From Asterionella formosa (lineage: Eukaryota): a DNA stretch of 64,000 bases. Positions 47,528 through 60,218 of the stretch are shown here, one piece after another. A program made the position numbers and the translations under genes. The notes below the pieces were generated by a model, which was not told the origin of the DNA, did no database searches, and worked only from the letters and a program-made list of their open reading frames with translations. Numbering within the stretch: position 1 is the stretch's first letter; the number at the start of each line of letters is the position of its first letter. The stretch is taken from assembly GCA_002256025.1 (NCBI GenBank), contig NKIB01012208.1:1-64000 (forward strand). The letters run 5' to 3'.

Positions 47528-48241
47528 TCACCAGTGTTCCTTTTCAGCAAAACAACCGTTTTGGCTTAGAAGTATTTTATAAATGCAATGTTTCTGCATT
47601 CGCTTCCAGAGAAGAACAGAATATGCAACATTGCATCCATTCACGTGCTTTCGGTTGTTCCAAATTTGCTGTTTAAGCCAAAGGGAACTCGCTTCACAAG
47701 TCAATAAGTGACATGCAATGTTGGGTACATGATTGGAGACAGAGGCAGCAGAGCTGCACTGAAAAACCGCATCACCATTGCAATGGCGACAGCAGATGCT
47801 TGCAGAATCAGTTGTAGAAGACTTCATTACCATGTGAGAAAACAGCAGCATCTCATTGATTGTGGCATATCTGAGATCAACTTCAAAATCGACCAACTCA
47901 ATGCTCGAAGGATCCCAGTTTCCAGCCACTCGCGTCCTTTTCGTAGCTATGTGAGGCCTCTTGTCATGGGATGGAAATAAATGAATTTGATCTGAAGAAC
48001 TTTCCTCTCTAGAATTTTTGTAAACTAGAGGCGTGAGATCTACCATCGTTGTGACAACAAGTTGGTTTGTCTGTAAGTTTTCCTGCCATTCATCAAGAAT
48101 AGGTCCCTGTGACCGTGATGGAGGAGGTGGAGTAATTACTCGTGGACTTGTCCACTGCGAATGCATTCTGGGAACATCATTGCCAAACTCTATCGATTCC
48201 CCCAGCAAAGGGAGTTGCACGCGCTCCTTCCTTTTGACCAT
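47528..48241 (-). CDS. Hypothetical diatom-type protein with a CCRHC...HLLTC putative zinc-binding module
   Basis: 237-aa ORF with ICCRHC and NIACHLLTC; 5' structure unresolved. Confidence 0.55.
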   Translation of the reverse strand: MVKRKERVQLPLLGESIEFGNDVPRMHSQWTSPRVITPPPPSRSQGPILDEWQENLQTNQLVVTTMVDLTPLVYKNSREESSSDQIHLFPSHDKRPHIATKRTRVAGNWDPSSIELVDFEVDLRYATINEMLLFSHMVMKSSTTDSASICCRHCNGDAVFQCSSAASVSNHVPNIACHLLTCEASSLWLKQQIWNNRKHVNGCNVAYSVLLWKRMQKHCIYKILLSQNGCFAEKEHW

Positions 48242-48801
48242 TTCCGTGGATCAGATTAATGGCTTGTTCGATGTGTTGGACCTTTATTGTCCAGCCAGCC
48301 AAAAGTCGTCCCTCGTTACTTTCACAATTTGTCACGAAGTCAGCGTCGAAGCCACAGGAGGTGAAAGCGAGAAGCAAGACTGGGAAATAATCTGAGTATG
48401 GTGGAAGTGTGGTTTTATGACTCCTTGTTTTCCTTCTTGAAGGCATCAATAACCGGTAATAAATGCTGGCTATATGTTGATCTTTAGCTACCGCGTATGT
48501 GTACAACAAACAAAGTGAGTGATTTGTTCGCTTTTCGAAACCCCGTTGGCTGTTGGTGTAAAGGGTTTATGTAATATTTATGCAGGTCATTACTACATAC
48601 CCGTTATATTTTTACATCTTGATCGTAGGTTTTTGTATTCTTGATGACGTAGATGCGACAATGTTAATTCGTTTACAATGTGACCTGGGAGCAAGGGTGA
48701 TAATTGATTTGTATCAGCTACGAAACCAGGTACCGCACTCTAAATGTCCGAGATTCTTGTTGTGGTTCCTGGTGCCTCGTAGGTGCAAAAAGTACCAGGG
48801 G

Positions 48802-49160
48802 TACCAGCAAGTTGTGGTAATTTTGCTTGAGCTAAGTATTTAGCTATCTTTATCCTATATTAAGTTTTACATTTAAGCAAAATGACCGCACCTTGCAGGT
48901 ATGATGGAGACATTATGAACACTATGTGTCGCAACGGCTTCTCTTCCCCAGTACTGATACATTTCGATATATTGTTCTCCGAAGAACTACCCGGTATTCT
49001 CCCTCCCTCCCGGATCCGTAACCATATACCATCAGGCAAATATTGCAAAATGCATCGGTACCAGCAAGTTGCGGTAATTTTGCTGAAGCTAAAGATTTAC
49101 CTTTCTTCTTTATCCAAGATAAAAATGTTAGTTTAAGCAAGATGACCGCAACTTGCACAG
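48802..49160. repeat. Two copies (48802-48901, 49059-49160) of a ~100-bp hairpin/MITE-like element
   Basis: Each begins TACCAGCAAGTTG(T/C)GGTAATTTTGCT and ends AGCAA(A/G)ATGACCGCA(C/A)CTTGC, an imperfect inverted repeat. Confidence 0.8.
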
Positions 49161-49410
49161 CTACCTCGATATGAACAAATTAAGAAAGGTACCTGTATGT
49201 AAAATATTCACGACTAGACTGACAACTTGTGCTTTGTCGACCTCGCAGAATTCTGAATCTTCATGGACCAACCGTGTGGGAGTACCAAGTACCGTATCTT
49301 TGTAAAAATTTGTCAATAGTTCGTACATCCGGTGGTCTTTAGCTTGCAAATCAAATTTTTTTACCAAGCCTATTTCAGAGTGTAACACAAATACAGATAC
49401 ATACCGTAAA

Positions 49411-49492
49411 CTTCACTATCCTGGACCCCCCAATGTTCACTGCTGTGACTGAATTTGACTGATTTTACTTAAGGGGGTCCAAGACAATGAAG
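49411..49492. repeat. 82-bp inverted-repeat (hairpin) element
   Basis: CTTCACTATCCTGGACCCCC ... GGGGGTCCAAGACAATGAAG; 20-bp arms with 3 transition mismatches. Confidence 0.7.
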
Positions 49493-49916
49493 AGATTTCC
49501 CATTCATCAGTTCTGGAGGATACATATGCAGAGCAAATCTTTCTAAGAAATATATTAAGGTTCTTGCATTTGAACCCCTAGGCAAAAATTAAAATATTGC
49601 TTAGGGTTGCCGAAATTCCCTGGAACTAAGAGCTTTTATATGCTAATTTTGAATATCAATGATCCCATTTGAAATATTCAAATGAGTGGAAATTTGCGCG
49701 TACTTATATAGATTCCTTTTCAAATGCATTTTAGCACAAGACTACCATTCTGATGATGACGTTTAGGTGATTAGTGATTCTGATTCTGACATTTTGATGA
49801 CCATTGAAAAGGCAGATATTGTCGAAGTTTTGAACGATGATAGCTCAACGTTGGCAGGGTTTGAAGAAGAGTTAAGTACATAGGTAATCCTCGTATAGCC
49901 CCAGAAGTTAGCTTTC

Positions 49917-50041
49917 GGCGAGAAATGCAGAAAGGCACTTCAGTTTTTTTTAACTAGGCCAAATAAACTAGTTGGCCCGGTAAAATCCACAATTTTTCAG
50001 CATAGTTAAAAAACCGAAGTTCCTTTCTGCACTTTCTCGCC
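49917..50041. mobile_element. 125-bp MITE-like element with ~40-bp inverted arms
   Basis: GGCGAGAAATGCAGAAAGGCACTTCAGTTTTTTTTAACTA ... TAGTTAAAAAACCGAAGTTCCTTTCTGCACTTTCTCGCC; no clear target-site duplication. Confidence 0.75.
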
Positions 50042-51303
50042 AGATCCTATATCCTGACGATATATAGCGTTGAACTATACCCCTACTTTGATAAATGTCT
50101 GTATTTATGCATATGGAAAGGGTGCGAATTGGTGAAAGCTCGGTTCAGTGATATACATTTATGTTTTACTCGTAAGAAGTGTTTGTTTGACTCAATAATA
50201 TTTTTTAAACCCTACCTCGAGCTACTATACTAGTGCCTACGAGGATTTCATTGTGTGCGTCAGCACCTTATCCAATAGACATAATACCATTACATCATAA
50301 TTACTCTATGATGTGGATACTTTTGTCATACATCTTTCTTAACATGATCGTAATTCTCATTCAAATCACTGTTCAAAATAGGATGAAATGGATCGAAATT
50401 TAGAACAAATGGTTCTATGTTTCTGTATCTTGGCTGGCTGAGTGGCTACAGAATGTTCTACAATTCTTTCATTGCAATGATTGGTGCTTTCACTTCAACC
50501 TTCCCCCCAATCCAATTCTGAATTTTGTTGTACTGGTTGCCTTGCCCTTGTTCCACTGCTTTCCTTTTACTCCTGACGGTTCTGAGTTTGCATTCATTTT
50601 CCCATTGCTATTTAATCTTATTCGTAGTCCCAATCATACTAACAAAGAGAAGCAATTCATTGTTACCTTTTCATGTTTTGCTCACACAACAACATGCATC
50701 TTGCTTCACTTCCCACAAATTGAGGAAGTAGCTGATGCATCTTTCTGTAAATAATGTGTCAGTTGAACATTGAATAAGTATCGATCAATAAATAGGCTCC
50801 AACGCTGCTGTTTGTAACTTACAAATACTGTTTGTTTACCATTATCCTGAAAGAAGAAGCAACACACCACATGTGTCAGTTTTTCTAAAAGTTTTGGATT
50901 GATCCAAAGATGGTAGCACTTACCGATTTCTTTTGGCCACATTGATGATGGTTGGCCACCAAATCCAAGAGGAGCTATTGAATCACTGAAAGGGAATGAG
51001 TCATTATGTATTTGTAATCCCAAAAATTGATCATCCTGGCATTTGCTCTTGACGTGATGGCCTAGTAGCTACTGTATACTTACTTGCTGGGTATTACTTC
51101 TATCATGGGAGTACCACTATAGTGCAGCGGAAAACTGAATATCATGTGTTTAGGATCATTTGATCATATTTTTAACATGAAGTCTGTCCGGCTCACCAAT
51201 TCCGAAATTATGAAAAATCTCAAAATATTTCAATTTATATAGATTACCTGTAACCGTTATAAAGTTTCAAACGCAAAAGCAATGCCACCTTTCACAGCAG
51301 AGT

Positions 51304-51846
51304 CGCTGACTACCAAATTCAACTTGCTGACTGCGGACTTCTTGTTGCTAACTGCTGAACTTAATTTGCTGAAAATTACTTTATTTGCTGAAAATTTTGG
51401 AAATTTTTGCTGACTGCTGACTTCATTTGATGACAATTGACATGAAATCGCTGACTGCTAACTTCAACTTGCTGACGTCAAGCAACCTACTTTGTACTTA
51501 TGAAGAGGACAACTATCGGTACCAGTGTACGAGTCGAGTTTACTTTTCATATTTAATCACGATAGAAGCCTCCTTTCATTGTTGGGATACTAAAAGCGAT
51601 GTCTTCTACGCTCATACTGTAGCGAGTAACACAGAGGTACCTGGTACTCAGTACATATTTAAAAACTGTGAAATAGACATGGATACCTGAAAAATGTCAT
51701 TGCTATCTACTTCTTCATATTGCTAACACTATGTACTATCGAAAAAATGCTGACTTCAACTTGCTGACTACTGACTGCGGACTTCGTTTTGCTGACTGCT
51801 GACTTGATTCGCTGAAAATTTGAAAAAATCGCTGACTGCTGACTTA
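51304..51846 (+). repeat. Cluster of short GCTGAC(T)/GCTGAAAA direct repeats in two blocks
   Basis: Many GCTGACTGC(T/G)GACTT-like units at 51304-51480 and 51748-51846, separated by unrelated sequence. Confidence 0.75.
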
Positions 51847-52279
51847 ATGTTCATTTTGACAATAAAATGACTAACGGCTTAATGTCTATATAAACAACTA
51901 TTTAAAGAATAACGGAGTGGCGCAAAATTTAGGGGTTCGACAATTTTTTGGGGTGTACCCCTGCCTTTTCTCGTATGTGAATCGATGAACAGAAAACGAG
52001 CAACCTGCACGCTATGTACGCTGATTACCGGACCTTCCAGACTATCAATCCTATAGATCATGTAGAATTATCGCAACATGGCTGCATATCTAATGAAATG
52101 GCGGGAGGAGTCATCATCCATGCACCTGTATAGCATGAAATATGGAAATGATCAAATATACACAAGGAGTAGTGCATCATATATGCCCTGTTATTTTTAT
52201 TCCTATGAAATCTCTTGATCTATTCTGCGCTTTTTCGCCACAATTGTTTTCATTGTTTCACTGAACAGCATTCGAATTG

Positions 52280-53950
52280 ATTGACTTCAAACGAAGCAAT
52301 GCATGATCAAAGTCAACCCCATTGCAGAATGGTGAGTCTCAAAACTATGTATCAACCAGTCGATTAAAATGGGACCGTATTACTTTTGTGCACCCTTGTT
52401 GTGTTTATATATTGACTCAGCAACTGTCAGTCAAGAGCAGCCATGGTATGCCATCATATATTGTCCATACGAATTTTCGAATGCGTTCAGCTATGATAAC
52501 TTTTGCTCCTAAACACTATCATCTCACCTCCCTTGTTATATATTTTTCTTTATCCAATGGCCGTGCGCACAGGCCCAGGTTACTCAATGCCTTCACCTGC
52601 AAGCAATTTCAGCCAAGCACATTGGCGTCAAGAAAACATCAACCCCGATTTTTTCTCACATGCTCCAGGTAGCAATATTGACGTCAGATGGCGCAGGCTT
52701 GTATATAGATTGATGATTCCGAAAGCATTGCTTCCTTTTTCCGGTAAGTATCTATTTGTCAACATTGTTTGGGTCAATCCATCCTTGTTCCCGCAAAACC
52801 AGCAATAATCCCTTTAGTACTTCCCCTCCCGACCTTCCTTTCTCTTTCACAATTGTCCTGATGTTTGCAGAGAATTCATAGTTCCCTTTTGCTTTTTCCA
52901 CTGGTTTTGATCCCTTGGACATTCAAGTAGAAACAAGCAGCTCATTGAGAGTTCTGGAGGTTTTGGTCAGTGGCACCATACAGCAACAATCAACAGATCA
53001 TGGCGGCTGTTCTCCATTTTCTCTTGCAAGTGACCTCCAAGAGGGTGTGGGATCATTGGGGAGAAAAATTGGGCTCCTCTGTGTTTGAACCTTTACAAGA
53101 ATAAATTCACATGGCCCAAGTTTGTAGCCATTCAGTTCAACAATCAATGTATCTCGGATCTGTGGTAGGTACTTCTCCTAAGCTCAATAGACATTGCCTT
53201 GTTCATTTTTGCAGCACTCAATCCATCCAGTCTTTGCTTTGTATGGCCTGAGGAGTGATCAAAGAGAAAAAATAAATGGTATGCAGGATGCATCACTTCA
53301 ATAACAACTGCATTATCAAACATTGTTTAGTCATTAGAGGTCCAGTAGCCTTCTTTGTTCCCTCTGTACTCAGCCAAGAAAGTACACAAAGAATGGCTTT
53401 ATAGAAATGTACAAACCATACTACTAGACTTCCATGGCAGAATCGGTATCAGCTAAACTTGATACTATTATTAGAATGTGATCACTGCTAATAGGTTAAT
53501 TTCGTTAATTTACCTCAATAACCAATAACTCAACTGATAAAGCTGCTTAAAATGCATCATTCCTGCGCGCACCTTAGTATTCCTTAGGTAGCAGAGGTTG
53601 CTTGTTCGCCATTACATAGTGACCACTTGAATATAGCTTCACTTTGACCAATAAAAACTACCACTGGTTTGGGAGGGTCCTGATGATGTTTACTTTAATA
53701 TCCGCCTAATGGTAGCTAGTGTAGGGTCAAACTTTTCACTTGCATCCACCCGTTTGGCATTCTACCATTGCTTCCTCTCAATCAATACTAGTAAAATGTA
53801 ATTAGATGAAATACAAAGGGCAACATTCAGTTCAAATTTCCTCCTTACGTGGTTATAAAGATTCATCCGCTTTAGCAGCAAATTCAGCACGACGGTTGTT
53901 GTTAGCTAAAATGGATTCCTCTATTGTCGCAAAAGTTGTTAGTTATATTC
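52280..53950 (-). mobile_element. Second degenerate Tc1/IS630-like DDE transposase, same family as 41270-45400
   Basis: Fragments KPVVVFIGQSEAIFK, EYRGNKEGYWTS, FLFDHSSGHTKQRLDGLS, IRDTLIVELNGY, EI..AGEGIE*.WACA and ETHHSAM. Confidence 0.75.
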
Positions 53951-54427
53951 CGTATGCAAACTATCAAAAATAAGGACGTTGGGAAATGAGGAAGAGACAC
54001 CTGACTTTCCTGTTTCATTTAAATCACTTGATAGTTTACCGCCACAATACATAGTATGATTGCAAATTCCAGAAATGCGGTGTTCTTCCAAGCAGTGATG
54101 GCACAAACCAAAATCATAAAATTTTTGATTGTTGCAGTTTCGATTGTGAAAGTCAGAGGGAGATTTGTTCTTCCGAAATTTATAGTTACATACCGAGCAC
54201 CAGATAAAGGTTCGTAATGCCATTGTTTGGGCAAAAATGCAAAATCAAAATAGAGTAGAGGGATCGATTTGTGGGCAGCGGTATGAATAGAAATGAATAT
54301 AAGGAAATGTCCAAGTATCGCTTTTTCGTCAATAAATACCAAATAACGGTATATACATGTATATTCAATAATGTGTCATGCAGTACATAGTACAAAGCAC
54401 TGCAACCTTATTATGCAACACAAACCT

Positions 54428-56425
54428 TTAAAATTTTAGCTTTTCTCTAATCTGCAATGCGTTGTCAAATGCATTGACAAAGAGAGCAAATTTCTCATTG
54501 ATAGCAACATCACTTGAGAGTCCAGATGATACTGACTCCCAATTGAAAGGGGAAATTTCAATTGTGGCGTCACCACGGTTACGGTAGACGTCAACTTCCT
54601 TTTCATTCAAGAAATTGCAAGGGGCTTTTCCAAATGTTTCATGCAACATTTTTAAGTCCATAAAACATTTCTGCACAAATTTCTTTATGCAGAAGGCAAC
54701 TACAACTTTTTCCATTTGCATCTTCTCCTTCTTGGTGAGAACCTTCAATGATTTTTTAGACCAAACGGTTCCAAGGCCAAAAAAATTATCCATCTTCTTG
54801 ACATGAGGTACTTTCGACGGAAAGCCAACGTGATCTGATGATACTACCATGCCGTCCAACTGCTTCCAATTGCAGTTCTCTAGACGAAATTAAGCCTGAC
54901 ATCCAAAAAATTTGGTTTCACCATTTCTTTCTAATTGAAGTAGACTTTCTAAAAATTTCACAACAGTGAATGGTCCACAGGACCATCCAGTATCATCACT
55001 GGCTGGTATAATAGTGAGTCATGAGAAGTTGCCATAAAAACTTGCAATGGAGCTTCTGTAGAATGATAGAAACTCTCACTCTGAATGACCTGTTGTGGCT
55101 TATAAGCATGGATCGGAAGGTAGGCATCCCATGATGCTATTTCTTTTTCCCTTTTACATCCAGGGATGATGCAATATTTACGGGCAAGGTGAAACACTTG
55201 ATCGAGATGTTCTTGGACTGTGGCTGCTTCTGCTGGATCGCGGATTTGACATATCCCTTCCTTGAGATCAAATATGTAATGAACAAAATGATTATTTCCA
55301 CAAGATGATCTCTTGCAGTAGTACACTATAATCACATAGGTACACTTAATATACAACGGGTGACAATTGCCACTATAAGTGTCTCCACCACAATCCATTT
55401 GTGGATTGTCATCAACATCCACAATAACACTCACATTGGATGGATGGAGTTAATGAGTTATGAACTGAATGAGATGTTGAATTGTTTGAAAATCCCAATA
55501 CGCAAGAGATTTAAACTCCTCAATTTCTTTTTTGAAATGTAACAAGTTATAAGTCTTTGCAGCATAAGTACAGACTTCTTGGGGAGTTCGAGAATAAAGT
55601 TCTTCCCATCGCTCGAATTGTGGCTTCGTTTTGGGAATGTTCACATACATGAAGGTTCGAATGGGAGACATGAGTTGACATAATTGACATGCATTTTCCT
55701 CTATATATGAACTGCCCTCGGGATTCTCCATGATTGAATTATTGACAGAATCTTTTTCAGCTTCACATGATTCAATAAAAATACCATTTCGATCATCCCG
55801 GTCATTGGGCATAACGAATTGGGAAAGGTCCAACATAGTCTGGCTGATTATGGTATTTTTGTTCTTCAGCAACTTGATCTCTTCCACAATATCCTGAACA
55901 GAAGTTTGATTTTCGAAAACAGGTTGATCTTCAGTGGTCGCATGAACAAAGATTCCTTTATTGTCATCTGGATGTTTCTCTTCATGACCAATCCTTGACG
56001 AATTATTATTGTTTATAATCTTTTCATTACTTGAAATTGTTGTTTTTCTTGGAAGGACAACAGAATCTATCTGACCAGCACCTAAGTCATCATCATCTCC
56101 ATCCATCAGGTAATCGGGGGTAGGGTTGTCGACATCTTCTGTATTGGAATGCTTAGCCTCTAATTGTAGAGATACCCTTGTCTCGTCATGGGACATATCG
56201 TGCATTATCATGAGAGATCAGCTGGCTTCTTCTCGATTTGGTGAACGATTTTTCATTGGAAAAATGGTTTAAATGTTTTGAATTTGCCATATAAGAGGAC
56301 CTCTCTGATAAATGCATTGGGGCAACTATGGAATTAACATATGAACTCTTTTTCTGGAGAATTGTAAACCTTCTCGAATTCATCAGATTTGGAAGGAAAC
56401 AGACATGTGCTCTCAACCGATTCAA
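54428..56425 (-). pseudogene. Fragmented gene containing a Ulp1/C48-like cysteine protease module, likely transposon cargo
   Basis: NHFVHYIFDLKEGICQIRDP (His/Asp), then after a frameshift DDTGWSCGPFTVVKF (Cys). Several collinear broken ORFs. Confidence 0.5.
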
Positions 56426-57023
56426 TGAGTCGTTTCAATTTCTTCTTCGATGTTAAAACGTCTTCGAGTGTAAGCCCAAATAGACTATTCTCTTTGTTTT
56501 TCAAATGTTTTTGTTGTTTTCCATGATATCAACTTTGATTGGTATTGATATGACGAGTGATGCAGTATGGTTACGCGAAATGATAAACAAGAATGCAATG
56601 AAGCCAACGGAGTTTGATTACTATCAATGATGTGATGGGAAGGCAACAGCAGCGGCCACAGCAGCAGTATAATTGCATTTGCTTGTACGGATGGTACCAC
56701 GCACGGTACATCAGTACAAGCTATTCTTTATTGGTATTTACGGCTATGGCATTACATTCATCAAATTATATATTTTGACGTAATGATAGAGATGATAAAA
56801 ACATCTTATTATTGTAAAATTATTTAGTAATATATATTAGAAATATTAGCAAGAACATTTTATTATATGTGCATTTATTTGATCTTATAAATGTGATCAA
56901 ACTATCATAGGTTTAGTTACGAGTGATTGTGAGGATGTGATAATGAAATATAAGTTAACTGTTGTAATCATACGATAATATGATATTGACTGTACGATCT
57001 CTTTCGAGTGTACAGAACCCTAC

Positions 57024-57178
57024 TTCACCTTGTTTGTACGAGATTGTATTATAGCATAACCCCCATCAAGTATACCGGTAGGTACCAATCTCACCTTGTT
57101 TGTACGAGACGTGTTATTGCATACTCAACATCACCTACAGGAACCGGTACTAACGTCACCTTGCTTGTTTGTACGAGA
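57024..57178 (+). repeat. Diverged ~66-bp tandem repeat x3 with conserved core TCACCTTGTTTGTACGAGA
   Basis: Core seen at ~57025, ~57091 and ~57156 (the third has a 4-bp insertion). Confidence 0.8.
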
Positions 57179-57710
57179 AGAACGTCTGATTGTTCCGTAC
57201 CAGGTACCTGGTACCGGTACTCTCAGCCACTCCCTCATCTTAACCCTATCCCTGTGATTGACATGATTTAAATTCAAATCAATCGTATATTGCAACATAT
57301 ACGGCACTGGTACCTGGTACCAGTAGGTATCCCAACGATGGACATGATTTAAAATTCAAATCAAATGTCTACGTATGTTTACTTGCAAAAATATCTGTAC
57401 AACATTTCGGTACCTGCTGTACAACAACAATAGATGAAACAAACTCACACAATATAGACCAGTACCAGTGCTCACACAGAAGGAGTCTCGTACATGTGTA
57501 TCGATATAGCTCAATATGGAAATATATGGAAATCTATTCTCTACAATAAAAAGGTACGTATATGTACATATACCCATGTACGACTGTCCTATTGCAACAC
57601 CAATGATTCACATTCAGTTGCTGATGGTTTGCAGCCAGTGATGATAAAAATAAATACATACATTTATGTATATACATATAGTTGTAATATTCTCTGAGAC
57701 GATAAATATT

Positions 57711-58753
57711 ATTCATGCGCTAACAATTCCAAACAAAGATGAATGAGAATAGAAAAGTAGATCCGCCCACAACAAGCAACAGCAAACAATATCAGCAGAT
57801 GGCAAGAAAACATTGCACTTGCTTACCATGTATATATTTGTCCACTTTGCACCAGAGGAATCCTTTCAACAATGCGAATAACAAATGATTGATAGTCTGC
57901 CTGACACAGGCACCAGAGCATGATGCATTTCATTATTCCCAAGGTTCAACCCTGCCCTGCCAAAAACAGATTGATTGTCTGTAGAAAAAGAAGAAGGTTC
58001 GAAGAGTAAGTTCATGACTACTAACCACTGTTCCAATTGCAAATGGCACAAGCAAGAGGAAGAACGAAATAGAGGTAAAGGATCTACAACAACAATCAAA
58101 CATAGTTCCGAACACAAGACGAAGAAGACGAGCGATGGTGCAGAGCAACAACAAAAAGAACAAAAACAATGTTACAAAAAACCTGTTTCATTTCCCAAAG
58201 TATTAACAGATTACCATATATTTCTCGAACTTTCAGATGCATCCTTTCTGTGATGACAAGGAGAAACGAAAAATGCCGGCCTGTTTCTTCCAGAGGAACC
58301 GGCCCACAACAGATTCCTTTTTATCTGAAAGCGAAGAACAAGATTCACAGAGAACAAACAAGACCTTTTTACATTCCATATCAAACAATGCATGTTCAAG
58401 TTCAAACGCAGGGCAAGGAACACCAAGGAAGAGAAGGGTATACAGCCACAGTAACCACAACGAAACAGTAGAATAAGAACAAGAAAAATGACAGCAGATA
58501 CAACAGGGACAGCGATAGCGACAACGAGAACACAACCATGATAGCAGAAAAGACGACAAAAACGACAACAATAACAATAACAATAATTTCATTTCACCAT
58601 GAATGTGATATTTTGTTCCTTTCATTCCAGCAGCTGCTTTTCATTAAGAAAATTGGTGCAGACGGTCCTCCTCATCATCATTCATTTTGTACTAAGTTTG
58701 CTTGTGTAAATTGTACTTCAGAAAAAGCTGGCGCAGTCTATGCTTAGTCACTA
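57711..58753. repeat. Dispersed ~1.05-kb repeat, copy 2
   Basis: Colinear with 1067-2129 in the same orientation. Confidence 0.9.
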
Positions 58754-58767
58754 TTGATCAAATTTGT

Positions 58768-59750
58768 CATCAGGATGCGTAATATTTTCGGTGCTTGCTG
58801 TGGACTGATGACCAGTGCTGTAGCAACCTAAATTCCAATTCAGTTTCTTTCTCAACCAATTTGAGGCCAATTTCTATCTAATATATTTTTCGATGTACCC
58901 GAAATCAAAGGCTTCTTGTCGAATGTCGATATGCTCAAAACGAACGTATATTGTCCAAAGGAGGCATTAGGATGTGTAAATTTTAGGTGCCTGCTGTGGA
59001 CTGGCTGATGACCACTGAAATTCCAAACCATCTTGCTCCACCATTTTAAGACTGATTTCTTTCCAGCATAGAATTCGATATCCACGAGATCAATGTCGTC
59101 ATGGCCAATGTCAATATTCTGAGAACGAACATATATTGATCAAAGGAGGCATCCGGATGTGTAAGTTTTCGGATGCTTGTGGACTGATCATCAGTGCTGT
59201 GGCAACAAAAATTCCAAACCATCTTTCTCCACCAATTCAAGGCCGATTTATATCCAGCATAGTATTCGATGTACACGAGATCAATGCCATCATGGCGAAT
59301 GTTAATTTTCTGAGAACGAACATAAAGGAGGCATCAGGATGTGTAAATTTTGTAAATTTTCGGTGATGGTGGACTGATATCAATGCTGTAGAAACAAACT
59401 TTCAAAAACACCTTTCTTCCACCAATTTAATGCCGATCCTTTGCTTCTTTTTCTATATTTTGCTTCCTAAAGTTATCGCTGTAGACTATTTGTAGCTACT
59501 CCGAAACGGAGAAGGCCATTGCGGCACATCTCAATTTTGACTCACTACAGCGACATGCAAGGTTAAAATATGCAACAGCTGTTTCTAAAAAATTTTACGA
59601 ATTCAATCGATGACAGCTGCTCATCCTTTGCTTCTTTTTCTATATTGTACTTGCTAGAGTTATCGCTGTAGACTATTTGTAGCTGCTCCGAAACGGAGAA
59701 GGCCATTGTGGCACATCTCAATTTCGATTCACTACGGAGACATGCAATCA
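58768..59750. repeat. Composite satellite-like array: ~3.5 copies of a 182-197-bp unit, then two copies of a different unit spaced 186 bp apart
   Basis: CAT(C/T)(A/C)GGATG starts at 58768, 58965, 59150 and 59332; ATCCTTTGCTTCTTTTTCTATATT starts at 59437 and 59623. Confidence 0.85.
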
Positions 59751-60138
59751 ACGGTGCTTTATTTCTAACCTGGCCGGCTATTGTAATCTCTACAATCAAC
59801 AATGACTAAACAATGTGTCTACAACATCAACTACTACTACGTGTGCTGAATTCTAATGTGTGAATCTTCCTCTTGCATATGTTGTTATTTGCCAGTTGAG
59901 ATCAAAGAAATAAGTCGGAGCAGAAAAATAATAAGTGAATCGGAATTGGCGACTCTTTCGTTCATTATATGGTGAAAGCAGCATAATATTGCGGCAGAGC
60001 AGCATAATTTCGCTTTTATACTGTTGCGATGGCTAGTTAGTCAACATATATTGTCACGAACACACATAATTATTGGTGTGATCACATAATTATTCGATAA
60101 GTAAAATAAATTTTTGTTTAACCCGAATAAATTAGGGA

Positions 60139-60218
60139 AAAAGTAGCATAATATTTCAAAAAAGTAACATAATATTTCAAAAAAGTAACGTAATATTTTA
60201 GAAAAGTAGCATAAATAT
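60139..60218 (+). repeat. 21-bp tandem repeat x~4
   Basis: AAAAGTA(G/A)CATAATATTTCAA units. Confidence 0.85.

Noticed and set aside
48177..48446. In-frame TGA read-through (selenoprotein) upstream of the 47528-48241 ORF
   Set aside because: No selenoprotein motif or SECIS is evident, and that frame closes again soon after.
57024..57178. CRISPR-like repeat-spacer pattern
   Set aside because: Only three 19-bp cores, the spacers resemble each other, there are no cas genes and the context is eukaryotic. It is a diverged tandem repeat.
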